From: a virus
Lineage: Duplodnaviria > Heunggongvirae > Uroviricota > Caudoviricetes
Strand: one strand, 5' to 3'
IMG/VR virus record: IMGVR_UViG_3300047393_000041
Span: 1 to 64,000 of that record
DNA: 64,000 bases
Shown in pieces: positions 10,422 through 19,665 of the stretch; position 1 is the stretch's first letter; the number at the start of each line of letters is the position of its first letter. A program made the position numbers and the translations under genes. The notes below the pieces were generated by a model, which was given only the letters and a program-made list of their open reading frames with translations, was not told the origin of the DNA and searched no databases.

Positions 10422-10649
10422 ATGATAGTATCAACTATGAACATTGACAAAGACACACAGGAGTTCTTAATCTATTTTAAAGAATATGATTATTGTGTCA
10501 GAACACCAATCAAGTATCACACATGGAGAATGTACTGTGATATTAATGGTTTTCCACCTGAAAGAATCTATGACCTACAAGTGATAGACTTGAGTAAATT
10601 CTCTGAAAGAGATATGCAAGCAATTGAAGAGTTGTTAGCACCACTGTAA
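10422..10649 (+). CDS. hypothetical protein
   Basis: 75-aa ORF, first gene of plus-strand block. Preceded by hairpin plus conserved ACCCTTTCTACAATTTGA motif. Confidence 0.4.
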   Translation: MIVSTMNIDKDTQEFLIYFKEYDYCVRTPIKYHTWRMYCDINGFPPERIYDLQVIDLSKFSERDMQAIEELLAPL

Positions 10650-10706
10650 TAGGTGCTAACATTTCAACTAAATAAAATGGAGCAACGGAAAAGTCTCCAT
10701 TTCAAA

Positions 10707-10724
10707 ACCCTTTCCACAATCTGA
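10707..10724 (+). promoter_or_regulatory. conserved 18-nt element (copy 2)
   Basis: See copy 1. Located 49 nt upstream of ATG 10774 and preceded by hairpin GGAG-caacggaaaagt-CTCC. Confidence 0.35.
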
Positions 10725-10773
10725 GCGTAGTGCTCAAAAAACACAATTAAACAATTAATAAAAACAAAAGAAA

Positions 10774-11175
10774 ATGAAAAGTTTAAAAATCACAAGAGGA
10801 GCATTTAGTGCAGCAGGTAATTTAATGTTAATGGACAAAGAAAGAGAAGCTTATTTTTGTCCTAAATCTATTGTTGAAGACAATAAATGGAAATCAGTTG
10901 AAGACATCAAGTTTCCTCTTTATGTTAATGTAAAACAATTTACATACAATAATAGAGATTCAAAAGGGGAAAACATTCTTAATGCTGACGGTACTAACAG
11001 TACATTCACAAGAGTAGATGTTGTTGATGTCTTTTCAAGTGCTCAAGCATTAGCTGATGATTATGCTGATGATTTCGCATTGGATGTTCTTAAAGAACAA
11101 GCTCGTAAATCTTCTGCTACAACAGCAGGATTAACAAGTGCAGACCTTGAAAGAATTCTTGCTGTAAGCATCTAA
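10774..11175 (+). CDS. hypothetical protein
   Basis: 133-aa ORF. Preceded by second copy of the conserved motif and an ACAATTAAA start context. Confidence 0.45.
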   Translation: MKSLKITRGAFSAAGNLMLMDKEREAYFCPKSIVEDNKWKSVEDIKFPLYVNVKQFTYNNRDSKGENILNADGTNSTFTRVDVVDVFSSAQALADDYADDFALDVLKEQARKSSATTAGLTSADLERILAVSI

Positions 11176-11522
11176 TATTAATAGAATAGCAGGCTCATTA
11201 ATTTGAGCTTGCTATTATATATAAGGGTGGGTTTGAAAAACATTGGGTGGGAAATTAAATTGAACACATCTTACTCCTATATATATAGGTATAAACTTTA
11301 TTCTATAATCTTGTAAGAAACTACTGGGTTGAGAAATGAATAAAAAGTTTTTACGAGGGAGAAATAAACTTTATGTAAGAGTATTACATAGCAATGTTAT
11401 CTATTTGACATAATTTATATGTTTTGTGCATGTGAAATGATCAACGTGGAGACACTAAAGACATAATAGAGCTTACTAACTAAGCAAAAATAACGTATAA
11501 CATAAATAATATATATAGCATT

Positions 11523-11690
11523 ATGGAGCAATTATTTGAAGAACTAATTAAAATAGAGCAAAGGTTTACTGTGTTAGATAATATGTTAATGATATCAGAA
11601 GAAGGATTGACATATGAATTAGAATATGAATACTTACGAGGTAAGAGAGATATGTTATTACATTTGATTCGTATATATACTGGAGAATAA
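11523..11690 (+). CDS. hypothetical small protein (55 aa; below ORF-track cutoff)
   Basis: Hand-translated MEQLFEELIKIEQRF...IRIYTGE. Followed by a terminator hairpin at 11695-11716. Confidence 0.3.
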   Translation: MEQLFEELIKIEQRFTVLDNMLMISEEGLTYELEYEYLRGKRDMLLHLIRIYTGE

Positions 11691-11694
11691 TAAT

Positions 11695-11716
11695 GGGCTC
11701 TTTTACGGGCCCTTTT
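11695..11716 (+). terminator. rho-independent terminator
   Basis: GGGC-tcttttacgg-GCCC followed by TTTT. Confidence 0.45.
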
Positions 11717-11730
11717 AAATACATTTAATT

Positions 11731-11952
11731 ATGGAACAATGGGAAGCACCAATGTGTGGTACATTAAGAATATCTAATCCTATTACATTACAGAGATGGA
11801 TAGATGATGGTAAATATAAAGAACTCACAGATGAAGGATATATATTTAATCCATATTGTGGTAGATTTAAGACTGAACAATGTGAATGTACTAAATGTAG
11901 AAATCATAGGCCTAATAGAGATGAACTAATTCAAATACTAAATACATTATGA
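11731..11952 (+). CDS. hypothetical Cys-containing protein
   Basis: 73-aa ORF. CxxxxxxC...CxCxxC pattern. Confidence 0.4.
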   Translation: MEQWEAPMCGTLRISNPITLQRWIDDGKYKELTDEGYIFNPYCGRFKTEQCECTKCRNHRPNRDELIQILNTL

Positions 11953-12093
11953 AACAATGGTTAGAGAATAAGCTCATAGAGCTTGAAGCACATATTAGTT
12001 CATTACCAAGATACGATAAATCTTTAGATTATTTTGTTGGACAAAAATATATTGTTCTTGAGCTATTAGAATTTATTAAAAACAATTAAAACT

Positions 12094-12318
12094 ATGGAAA
12101 CAATAACAATTAGCCTTACGACAGTATTATTTTATATACTGTCTCCTTTAGTTATATACTGTATAATATATTATGGTCTTATGACTGATAAACGTGAAAG
12201 AGAGGGAGATACAGATCTTGAACTTGCATTTTCATTAATACTCACTCTTATATTATCTGTTATGTACTTTATTGTAATAGATAGAATACATTCTTATCAT
12301 TTTATATTTACATTATGA
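12094..12318 (+). CDS. hypothetical membrane protein
   Basis: 74 aa with two hydrophobic helices. AAAACAATTAAAACTATGG start context. Confidence 0.4.
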   Translation: METITISLTTVLFYILSPLVIYCIIYYGLMTDKREREGDTDLELAFSLILTLILSVMYFIVIDRIHSYHFIFTL

Positions 12319-12605
12319 AACTAAAAGTAAACTTTGAGTATGGTGATAGAGTTATTGCCATACTATTAGATGAAAGTCTAATACATATCAATAATCTATT
12401 AGAGCAAATTTATCAACCAAGAGATGGTAAAGAAGGAGATCAATGGGTTGAAGCATATGATTATTTAGAAGATGAATGCATTAAAGCATTCATTAAGCAA
12501 TCAGGTATTGATGAAAATGATGTAGCCATAGATGGATTTAAACAAACAACTAATGAAGATCCAACTGGATTAAGAGTTAGTGTAATAGATACATCATTAT
12601 ATTAA
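12315..12605 (+). CDS. hypothetical protein
   Basis: 96-aa ORF, ATGA overlap with upstream gene. Confidence 0.4.
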   Translation: MKLKVNFEYGDRVIAILLDESLIHINNLLEQIYQPRDGKEGDQWVEAYDYLEDECIKAFIKQSGIDENDVAIDGFKQTTNEDPTGLRVSVIDTSLY

Positions 12606-12742
12606 CAAAGAACAAAGAATAGATCATTTACAGTCCTGGAACAATAGGATGTAGCACATATATATCTTCAAACTTTAGTCAGTTACAGAATAACTACAAA
12701 TGATTTAACAATACAATTTTTAATATCTTAATAACAAATAAT

Positions 12743-12952
12743 ATGGAAAATCCATTAGTAGGTCTTGATCTATCTGATATAGATCATTCAACAAAAGAAG
12801 AATTAATTCAAACTTATGTTACATCAGTTGTCAGCAATGGAATTATACTGATGGAATCACTTGGTCTAACTACACATATCAAAAGTGTTGTTGAAGATCC
12901 TTATACTAATATAAGATATGAAGTATCACTTAAAATAATATCAACTCCTTAA
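12743..12952 (+). CDS. hypothetical protein
   Basis: 69-aa ORF. Confidence 0.35.
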   Translation: MENPLVGLDLSDIDHSTKEELIQTYVTSVVSNGIILMESLGLTTHIKSVVEDPYTNIRYEVSLKIISTP

Positions 12953-12963
12953 TAACAAACAAT

Positions 12964-13170
12964 ATGAAATCAACAAAAATTATGTTAGCTGTAATAGCTA
13001 CACTTATCGCTACATGGACTACACTTAGTCTTATTGGATATATATTATCTGATACATCATTACGTGATTGTTTCACACATGGTGGAACATTATTCGCAAT
13101 GTTAATAATTGGTTGGGTACCAAGTGTAATACTAGGAGCAGATCTTGACAAACAACTTAAAGACTATTAA
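12964..13170 (+). CDS. hypothetical membrane protein
   Basis: 68 aa, two predicted TM helices. Confidence 0.4.
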   Translation: MKSTKIMLAVIATLIATWTTLSLIGYILSDTSLRDCFTHGGTLFAMLIIGWVPSVILGADLDKQLKDY

Positions 13171-13172
13171 TT

Positions 13173-13568
13173 ATGATACCATTTACTAGTACACATAGAT
13201 ATGCAGATGATTTTAAAACAAAACTGAAAACTGGTTGGGGATGTGGATACGTTCATATTCCCAAAGATCATCCAATATTAGTTCAACTGTTAGTTGAAGA
13301 GAATATGGGATATCTTTATTATTTACAACCTGAAGATTGTCCTGAAGAGATAACATTTAGTGATTGGGATAAAGACAGAGAATATTATGTAATAGGATTT
13401 GACACAGCTCATACTTACAATAATGATAGTCATGATGAGGAATATGTAATAAATAGAGCTAGAGAAATAAAAGATCTCATCAATGCATATACAGCTGAAG
13501 ATGCACATAAATGTGCTCTTGATGCTATTGATAATGTAAGACGTAAATTTAACAAATACTTATTATAA
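13173..13568 (+). CDS. hypothetical protein
   Basis: 131-aa ORF. Confidence 0.4.
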   Translation: MIPFTSTHRYADDFKTKLKTGWGCGYVHIPKDHPILVQLLVEENMGYLYYLQPEDCPEEITFSDWDKDREYYVIGFDTAHTYNNDSHDEEYVINRAREIKDLINAYTAEDAHKCALDAIDNVRRKFNKYLL

Positions 13569-13774
13569 TGAAAAGACTAGTAATGTTTTATATGGCATAC
13601 AGAGGTGAAAACATAGCAGGTCATAGAATATCAACAAAGGCATATTCTATCTTTACAAGAAAGAGTACAATAGTTAATGATTTGTTTAATTGGCAGGTAG
13701 AACAACAAGATATTATAATTAAAGAAAATAATCAAAACGTACATTTAACAAACACGAAAATCATTGGATTATGA
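13568..13774 (+). CDS. hypothetical protein
   Basis: 68-aa ORF, overlapping start/stop. Confidence 0.35.
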   Translation: MKRLVMFYMAYRGENIAGHRISTKAYSIFTRKSTIVNDLFNWQVEQQDIIIKENNQNVHLTNTKIIGL

Positions 13775-13962
13775 AAACAGAAGAGATTGAACAAAGGTTA
13801 CAGGACATTAAGAATGAAATATTCTTCTTAGATGGTCTTAGAGATGCACATGATGATACAAACATTCATGAGATAGAGTACAAAGTAGATGTATTAATAG
13901 AAGAACGATTCCATTTAACATATTTGTTAGAGAGTTGTTTTGATGAAATGATTGGACTATGA
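13771..13962 (+). CDS. hypothetical protein
   Basis: 63-aa ORF, ATGA overlap. Confidence 0.35.
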   Translation: MKTEEIEQRLQDIKNEIFFLDGLRDAHDDTNIHEIEYKVDVLIEERFHLTYLLESCFDEMIGL

Positions 13963-14213
13963 GAATAGCAATAACACTTATATTATTCATATGTTGTATG
14001 GGTATGTGTATTTATGATGCAGCAAATAACAATATGTTTTGTGTTGTATGGGCAGTTAATTCATTAATGAATCATAATGCTCTCATTAAAGCTTTAGAAA
14101 ATGAAAACGATAATTAAACTATGGAAGTCTTTCTTACAAGAGTTAAGAGAGACTTCACAAAACTGTCCAAGAGAGACAAAATGGTAATTTTAAACAATTA
14201 AACAATTAAAACA

Positions 14214-14471
14214 ATGGCAAAAAATCCAACAAAAGCATCAAAACCAATTGATGACACAATCAAAGATTTGAAAGAATTATTAGAGTATCAAGACAAGGTG
14301 CTAGGAACAGCAGATAAACTGTTGAAGGCTAAAGACAATCTAATAGAAATATTAGAACATCAGAAAGAAGCATACATTAATGAGAACAAAATGTTAACTG
14401 CAGTAATTATTGGATTCACTGCAGTATTAGTTATTGTTGGCTTAGTAAAAGTTGTATCATTAATCCTTTAA
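14214..14471 (+). CDS. hypothetical protein with C-terminal TM helix
   Basis: 85 aa. Preceded by TTAAACAATTAAACAATTAAAACAATGGCAAA, the same element found upstream of recA. Confidence 0.45.
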   Translation: MAKNPTKASKPIDDTIKDLKELLEYQDKVLGTADKLLKAKDNLIEILEHQKEAYINENKMLTAVIIGFTAVLVIVGLVKVVSLIL

Positions 14472-14511
14472 TCAGTAAATTATGTATTATATTATATTTT
14501 CATATTTCTTT

Positions 14512-14649
14512 ATGGGAGGTATGGCATTAGGTAAAGAACAGGAACTGACACTTCTTGGTTGGTTATTATTAATTTTCGCACCATTATCATTTCCTTTATT
14601 ATTAGGATGGATAGTTAAAACAGCTACAGACGATGAGACCGAGAATTAA
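14512..14649 (+). CDS. hypothetical small membrane protein (45 aa; unlisted)
   Basis: Hand-translated MGGMALGKEQELTLLGWLLLIFAPLSFPLLLGWIVKTATDDETEN. Confidence 0.25.
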   Translation: MGGMALGKEQELTLLGWLLLIFAPLSFPLLLGWIVKTATDDETEN

Positions 14650-14808
14650 CAAAGGAACATTAGTTGGATCAACTAATAGACTAAGAGCTATCAAAGCTAG
14701 AAGACTTGTTGTTGAAGTGGTATGGAATTTCAAGAAAGGAATCATATCAGAGAGAACAGTAAACATTAGACAAACATTATTACAATAACAATTTAAATCC
14801 TTAATAAC

Positions 14809-15210
14809 ATGAGCACAAGCATTTTTACATTTGACCACGGTCAAAAGAAATTAGACAAAGCAATTGGTGTAGCACCAGAATATCTTGATGATTTACAAGA
14901 AACTGTAAAGAAGATAATTTGCAGAACAAATGATTCTATAGTTGATGCATTAAGAAAAGATGATGATGAAGATGATGGATGTTCACCAAGTGAATTGGTA
15001 GAATCTGCATTAAATGAGTTTAGTTATTCTCAACTTGTGATACTATCATCATTCTATCTACGTGATAAAATGGAAGAGATTCACAAAGAGATGATCAAAC
15101 GTTCTCTTCAATCAGAAGATGGAGAATTACCTCAAGGATTAAAAGATATTCTAGATAAGATTCGAAATGCAATTCAGAATAAACGGTCTGAAGAGGAGAA
15201 TGAAGATTAA
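14809..15210 (+). CDS. hypothetical acidic protein
   Basis: 133 aa, D/E-rich (DDDEDDGCSPSE). Confidence 0.4.
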   Translation: MSTSIFTFDHGQKKLDKAIGVAPEYLDDLQETVKKIICRTNDSIVDALRKDDDEDDGCSPSELVESALNEFSYSQLVILSSFYLRDKMEEIHKEMIKRSLQSEDGELPQGLKDILDKIRNAIQNKRSEEENED

Positions 15211-15255
15211 AACTAATTGGGAGAGCTGTAATGGCTCTCCTTTTATATCAAAGCT

Positions 15256-16566
15256 ATGAGTAAATATAGATTTAGAACAGAAGAAGAATTTAAAGATATT
15301 GACAGATGGATTAATAGAGTTCATACACCAGAAGGTTGGAATACTACTATGTTAACTCATTTAGGAAAAGATGTAGATGATAAATGGATTAAAATAATAG
15401 AACGTCATATGAATTGTGATGATAGTTTCCAAATTGGAAAATATTGGTATAATTCATGTGATTTTATATTGAACGAATCAGAAATGCCAATAGAACAAAT
15501 TTTAGAACAAATTAATTTAAACAAATCCTTAATAACAAAAGAAAAACAGATGAACAATTTAGAAAACATTACAGAAACAGCTACAGAGAAATTCGTATTC
15601 ATGGACAAAACAGATCAAGTTCTTAACATAGGTTTCAACACCTGCAAGAATATTGTTCTTTATGGTCCAGGAGGACATGGAAAATCAGAGAAGACATTAG
15701 ATTTCCTAAAAGAAAGAGGTATTCAGCCTTACGTTATTACAATGGGTACAGGTATGACCACAGATAGATTATTTGGTGGTATGAATATATTAAAGTTCAA
15801 TGAGACAGGTAAAATAGAATATCTTGTAGAGAATTCATTTATGGATCATGAATATGTTGTATTTGAAGAGATGTTTGATGCTCCTGATTTTATCTTAGAG
15901 CAATTAAAAGATATTCTATCAAGTGGTATATTTAGAAATGGTACACAAGTGTATAACATCAAGACTAAGTTCATCATTTGTTGTACAAATAGAACTCGTG
16001 ATGAATTCTCTAAGAATATGTCATTAAGAGCATTGATGGAGAGATTTCCTCTTGAATTAAATGTTATTTGGGATAATTATACTGAGATCAGTTACAACAG
16101 ATTGTTGGAAAGCAAATTTGGTGTTGATAATGTGGATCCAGTTATTCCATACTTGTTACAAGAGTATGCAAAGAATGGTATTACAATCAGTCCAAGGATT
16201 GCTGTAACAGCTTATTCAGTGTATGATCAATGTGGACCAGAAGCATTAAGTTTTATTGCTGAATTCACAAAGAAACCTGCATTAATAGCTGAAGCTATCA
16301 AAACATTTGAGGGAACAATTAAGTTCAGACAAATGTCAGGAGAACTAACTGATATAATGTCAGCGATAAGTCAAGCTCCATTAACAAATAGAGATGATGA
16401 GACAGCATATAAAATCATTCTTAAGAGTCTTAAAGATAAATTAAGTGATCTTAAATCATTAACAGTTAATGACGATCTTGTAAGCATGCACACACAACTT
16501 GTAAAAGGAGCTGTTGCAGTGATGGATAAATGTCAAAAGAATCTTCAAATAGCAGAATTCATATAA
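15256..16566 (+). CDS. MoxR-like AAA+ ATPase (CobS-like)
   Basis: Walker A LYGPGGHGKSEKT, Walker B/MoxR motif VVFEEMFDAPDFILEQLKDIL (cf. DEINRAPPKTQSALLE), sensor-1 FIICCTNRT. Followed by a VWA protein, the classic CobS/CobT-like pairing seen in large phages. Confidence 0.7.
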   Translation: MSKYRFRTEEEFKDIDRWINRVHTPEGWNTTMLTHLGKDVDDKWIKIIERHMNCDDSFQIGKYWYNSCDFILNESEMPIEQILEQINLNKSLITKEKQMNNLENITETATEKFVFMDKTDQVLNIGFNTCKNIVLYGPGGHGKSEKTLDFLKERGIQPYVITMGTGMTTDRLFGGMNILKFNETGKIEYLVENSFMDHEYVVFEEMFDAPDFILEQLKDILSSGIFRNGTQVYNIKTKFIICCTNRTRDEFSKNMSLRALMERFPLELNVIWDNYTEISYNRLLESKFGVDNVDPVIPYLLQEYAKNGITISPRIAVTAYSVYDQCGPEALSFIAEFTKKPALIAEAIKTFEGTIKFRQMSGELTDIMSAISQAPLTNRDDETAYKIILKSLKDKLSDLKSLTVNDDLVSMHTQLVKGAVAVMDKCQKNLQIAEFI

Positions 16567-17945
16567 TGAAAGATTTATGGGGAAATGAGTATACAGATTA
16601 TAAAGACGAGTATACTCATCCTTCATTCACTCCAAGAAAAAGGAGTAGTGGAGGATGGAAAAGTAAATATGGTAGTGGTGGTTGGTCAAAGAGTAGTTGG
16701 TCTAACTATTCATTTGTAGTTTCGTATGAAGATAATGACGATAGTTTATTCGTTAAAGATCCAGTACACTATTTAACACCAACTGCTGTGGATATCAAGA
16801 AGAAAGTCAATGTAAGAAAACAAGACTCTATTGATATGATTAAAGAACTAGCTCGTGTATGTTATTTCAAAATGATTGATGAAAAAGACTATGTAGCTGA
16901 TGCATTCATTGAAGAAGATCAACAAAGTGATACTCAAAGAGGAAAGAAACAATTGTTCGATAGTATCTATGATCAATATATTCCTGGATTCACACCATTA
17001 GAACAAGCTATATCTATTTATTTAAAACTAAAAGATAACAGTGCTGGTGAGTCTGGTGAGAAAGATGAAGATGAAATGGATATGAAGAAAGGATTAGAGT
17101 TTGATAGAACTCTATATACTGATCCAAGTATCAATGAACAATTGAATCTTAATCCAATGAGTAAAGAGAGATCAATGGAGATATTAAATCTTTTATCTCT
17201 TGTTGGTGAGTTTGGTACTGAATTCAAAGTGGAGAAAGAAATAGATGAGAAAATAGTTGCTAACTCTGATCAATATCTTAAAACAATCATGAGAAGTCAT
17301 GATCAATTAACAATGATTGATCTTTATCAAAGACTTCTTCCTAACTTTGATATTAAATTCTTAACTAAAGACTTAACAGTAAATGTTCCAGTTGATAGAA
17401 AAGAACAGAAGCAAAAGATTATCATTATATTAGATTTCTCTGGTAGTATGGATGATCCTGAAAAACAAATTTGGGTTAACGCTATTCTTATAGATAGATT
17501 CAAATATGTAATGAGAGGAGAAGCTGAAGTATTCTTTAGTTATTTTGTACATGATGCAGATGAATTAGAGTTTCAACATATCACAAACAGAGAAGAGGTT
17601 ATATCATTTTGGCAAACATTCTCTAATGAACCTGATGGTGGATCAACTGAAGTGGCATATATGGTTGAAAGAATTGCTTCTGAAATTAATGAGCATAAGC
17701 TTTGTAACTTAGGTGTAGATTTATTTGAAGAGAAACCAGAGATATTAATTATCAATGATGGACAAGATACAATTAATACAAAAAAGTTCCCTTATAAAGT
17801 GAATGCTATCACATTGATGGAATATAATGATGATTTAAAGAATCTTTGTCTTCAGACTGGTGGTAAACTAATTCAAGTGAATGGAGATCAATCAGTGTAT
17901 TCTCATTCAAAAGAAGCAGGTAAGTTACAAATAACTAAAAAATAA
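16566..17945 (+). CDS. von Willebrand factor A (VWA) domain protein (CobT-like partner of the AAA+ ATPase)
   Basis: MIDAS motif IIIILDFSGSMDD (DxSxS). Start placed at ATG 16566 (TAATG overlap) rather than the longer overlapping ORF start 16530. Confidence 0.65.
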   Translation: MKDLWGNEYTDYKDEYTHPSFTPRKRSSGGWKSKYGSGGWSKSSWSNYSFVVSYEDNDDSLFVKDPVHYLTPTAVDIKKKVNVRKQDSIDMIKELARVCYFKMIDEKDYVADAFIEEDQQSDTQRGKKQLFDSIYDQYIPGFTPLEQAISIYLKLKDNSAGESGEKDEDEMDMKKGLEFDRTLYTDPSINEQLNLNPMSKERSMEILNLLSLVGEFGTEFKVEKEIDEKIVANSDQYLKTIMRSHDQLTMIDLYQRLLPNFDIKFLTKDLTVNVPVDRKEQKQKIIIILDFSGSMDDPEKQIWVNAILIDRFKYVMRGEAEVFFSYFVHDADELEFQHITNREEVISFWQTFSNEPDGGSTEVAYMVERIASEINEHKLCNLGVDLFEEKPEILIINDGQDTINTKKFPYKVNAITLMEYNDDLKNLCLQTGGKLIQVNGDQSVYSHSKEAGKLQITKK

Positions 17946-18015
17946 TTTGTAATTGTTTTGATTATTAATCCCTATGAATTATATTTGTAGGGATTTAATA
18001 CTAATACAAAAAGTT

Positions 18016-18183
18016 ATGATAAATAAAATAGTAGGAATTAGTTTATTAGTTGCAATATTTCTATTTGCAACAATTTGGATATTTAATCACATAAATGCTT
18101 GGGTTGCGATAGGCATTTTTATTGTAGGAATATATATTGCAGCAATAAACATTTTTAAAAACGATAAAAAAACAGAAAAATGA
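18016..18183 (+). CDS. small membrane protein (NfeD-like by context)
   Basis: 55 aa, two hydrophobic helices. ORF-track start 17974 lies inside a hairpin, so start moved to ATG 18016. ATGA overlap with the SPFH gene. Confidence 0.4.
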   Translation: MINKIVGISLLVAIFLFATIWIFNHINAWVAIGIFIVGIYIAAINIFKNDKKTEK

Positions 18184-18983
18184 AAAAATTAGTATTAGTA
18201 TTATTAGGTGTTGCATTATTAACATCATGTGAAAGAGTTGCTCCAAATTATTATGGTGTCCTTATGGAAAATTATGGTAAGAATGGTAAAGAAGATTATA
18301 CCAAACAACAGGGTAAAGTAAATACTATGTCACCAGGAACAGAACTATTTCAAGTACCTGCTTGGGAACAAAGAGGAAATTTTACTGATGATAAAGGACA
18401 AGATAGAGTATTAAGCATCAAAGCAGCTGATAACACAGCATTCTCATCTAAACCTTTATATTCATTTAAAGTTATACCTGCTAATGTTGTTGATGTTGTA
18501 TTTCAAAATTCAAGACTTGGTTCATCAGAGGATTTTATGAATGCTTTACAAGATAATGTATTAGAGCCTAGAATTTATGATATCATTAAAGAAGCTTCTA
18601 GAAATTATACAACAGATCAATTGATGGCTAATGGTGGTTCATTAAGATTTGAGAAATATGTACAAAACATTGTAAAAAGAGAATTTGCAAAATCAGGACT
18701 TGAGTTAATAAGTTTTAGTTTAAATTTAGATTTCTCTAGTAAGGTTAAAGCAAAGATTGATAGTAGAAATGAAGTAAACACTAATGTTTCAGTTCTTGAT
18801 CAACAAATAATTGAACAGAAGAAAAGAAATGAATTAGAATTACTTAAAACTGAACAAGCAATAATTCGTTCTAGAGGATTAACAGATGCTATTTTACAAG
18901 AAAAAGCTGTTAGTCGTTGGAATGGTAAATTACCAACAACAGTTGCTGGTAGTAGTCTTCCTTTTGTTAAAACAATAAAATAA
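18180..18983 (+). CDS. lipoprotein with SPFH (band-7/stomatin/flotillin-like) domain
   Basis: N-terminal signal plus lipobox LLTSC. Central region with SPFH-like features (…YDIIKEASRNYTTDQL…, C-terminal coiled coil EQKKRNELELLKTEQAIIRS). Confidence 0.5.
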   Translation: MKKLVLVLLGVALLTSCERVAPNYYGVLMENYGKNGKEDYTKQQGKVNTMSPGTELFQVPAWEQRGNFTDDKGQDRVLSIKAADNTAFSSKPLYSFKVIPANVVDVVFQNSRLGSSEDFMNALQDNVLEPRIYDIIKEASRNYTTDQLMANGGSLRFEKYVQNIVKREFAKSGLELISFSLNLDFSSKVKAKIDSRNEVNTNVSVLDQQIIEQKKRNELELLKTEQAIIRSRGLTDAILQEKAVSRWNGKLPTTVAGSSLPFVKTIK

Positions 18984-19665
18984 ATAATAAAATAAACCAC
19001 ACATAGAAAGACAAACAGCGATAAAGTTAGAAAATGTAACACTACAAGAAGTGTTATGTTTGTTGAGTAAGATGATAACAGTTAGACTTGCTTTACGGTG
19101 TAGATGTTTACATTAGTCCGTAATTATTATCCCAATCTTGATGGATGTGTGGTTTTATAATAAATAGGTTAAACATTGAATACCTTTAAAGTTGGGCATG
19201 TCACAGATGTGTGTTTAGATGAGTTAAAATCTCAGCTTGTCCTCAAAGTTAGAATTTTGAAAGAGTTTTATGCTTCATAAAGATACTATCAGTAATGGTA
19301 GATGTGTTGTTCCCTTGAGAAAGGAAATATAATAAAATAGTTCGTCATACCCTGAATGTAATAAGGATTGGTGAAAGACTATGTATTATATTTACACAAC
19401 ACAAATGAGTTCTCAGCAAGTAGTTAATAAATAGTGGTTCAAATCCACAGATCTTGAACGTGAAAAATTTAAGAATCGTCTAAGCGGTAAGACAATTAAT
19501 TATGTGACCCTACTCTTATAAGAGGGAAGTATAGTGTAAGTAACGTGCATACTTGTAAGATAAGAGGGTGCTAAATGCTCTCACATAGAATTAAAGGCTC
19601 GAGGCTTCTTCTTTTGAATGAAGCTACGCTACCGAAATGATAAGTGCCCTCACATGAGGGAAATT

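Noticed and set aside
12930-13508. Minus-strand ORFs 12930-13151 and 13323-13508 inside the plus-strand early block
   Set aside because: Opposite to the uniform plus-strand gene array and overlapping better plus ORFs. Low-complexity I/F/Y-rich translations typical of antisense AT-rich frames.
19433-19457. T-loop-like GGTTCAAATCC motif as a possible tRNA
   Set aside because: No acceptor-stem partner (CAAGATC) within range upstream. It instead forms a simple GTTCAA/TTGAAC hairpin.
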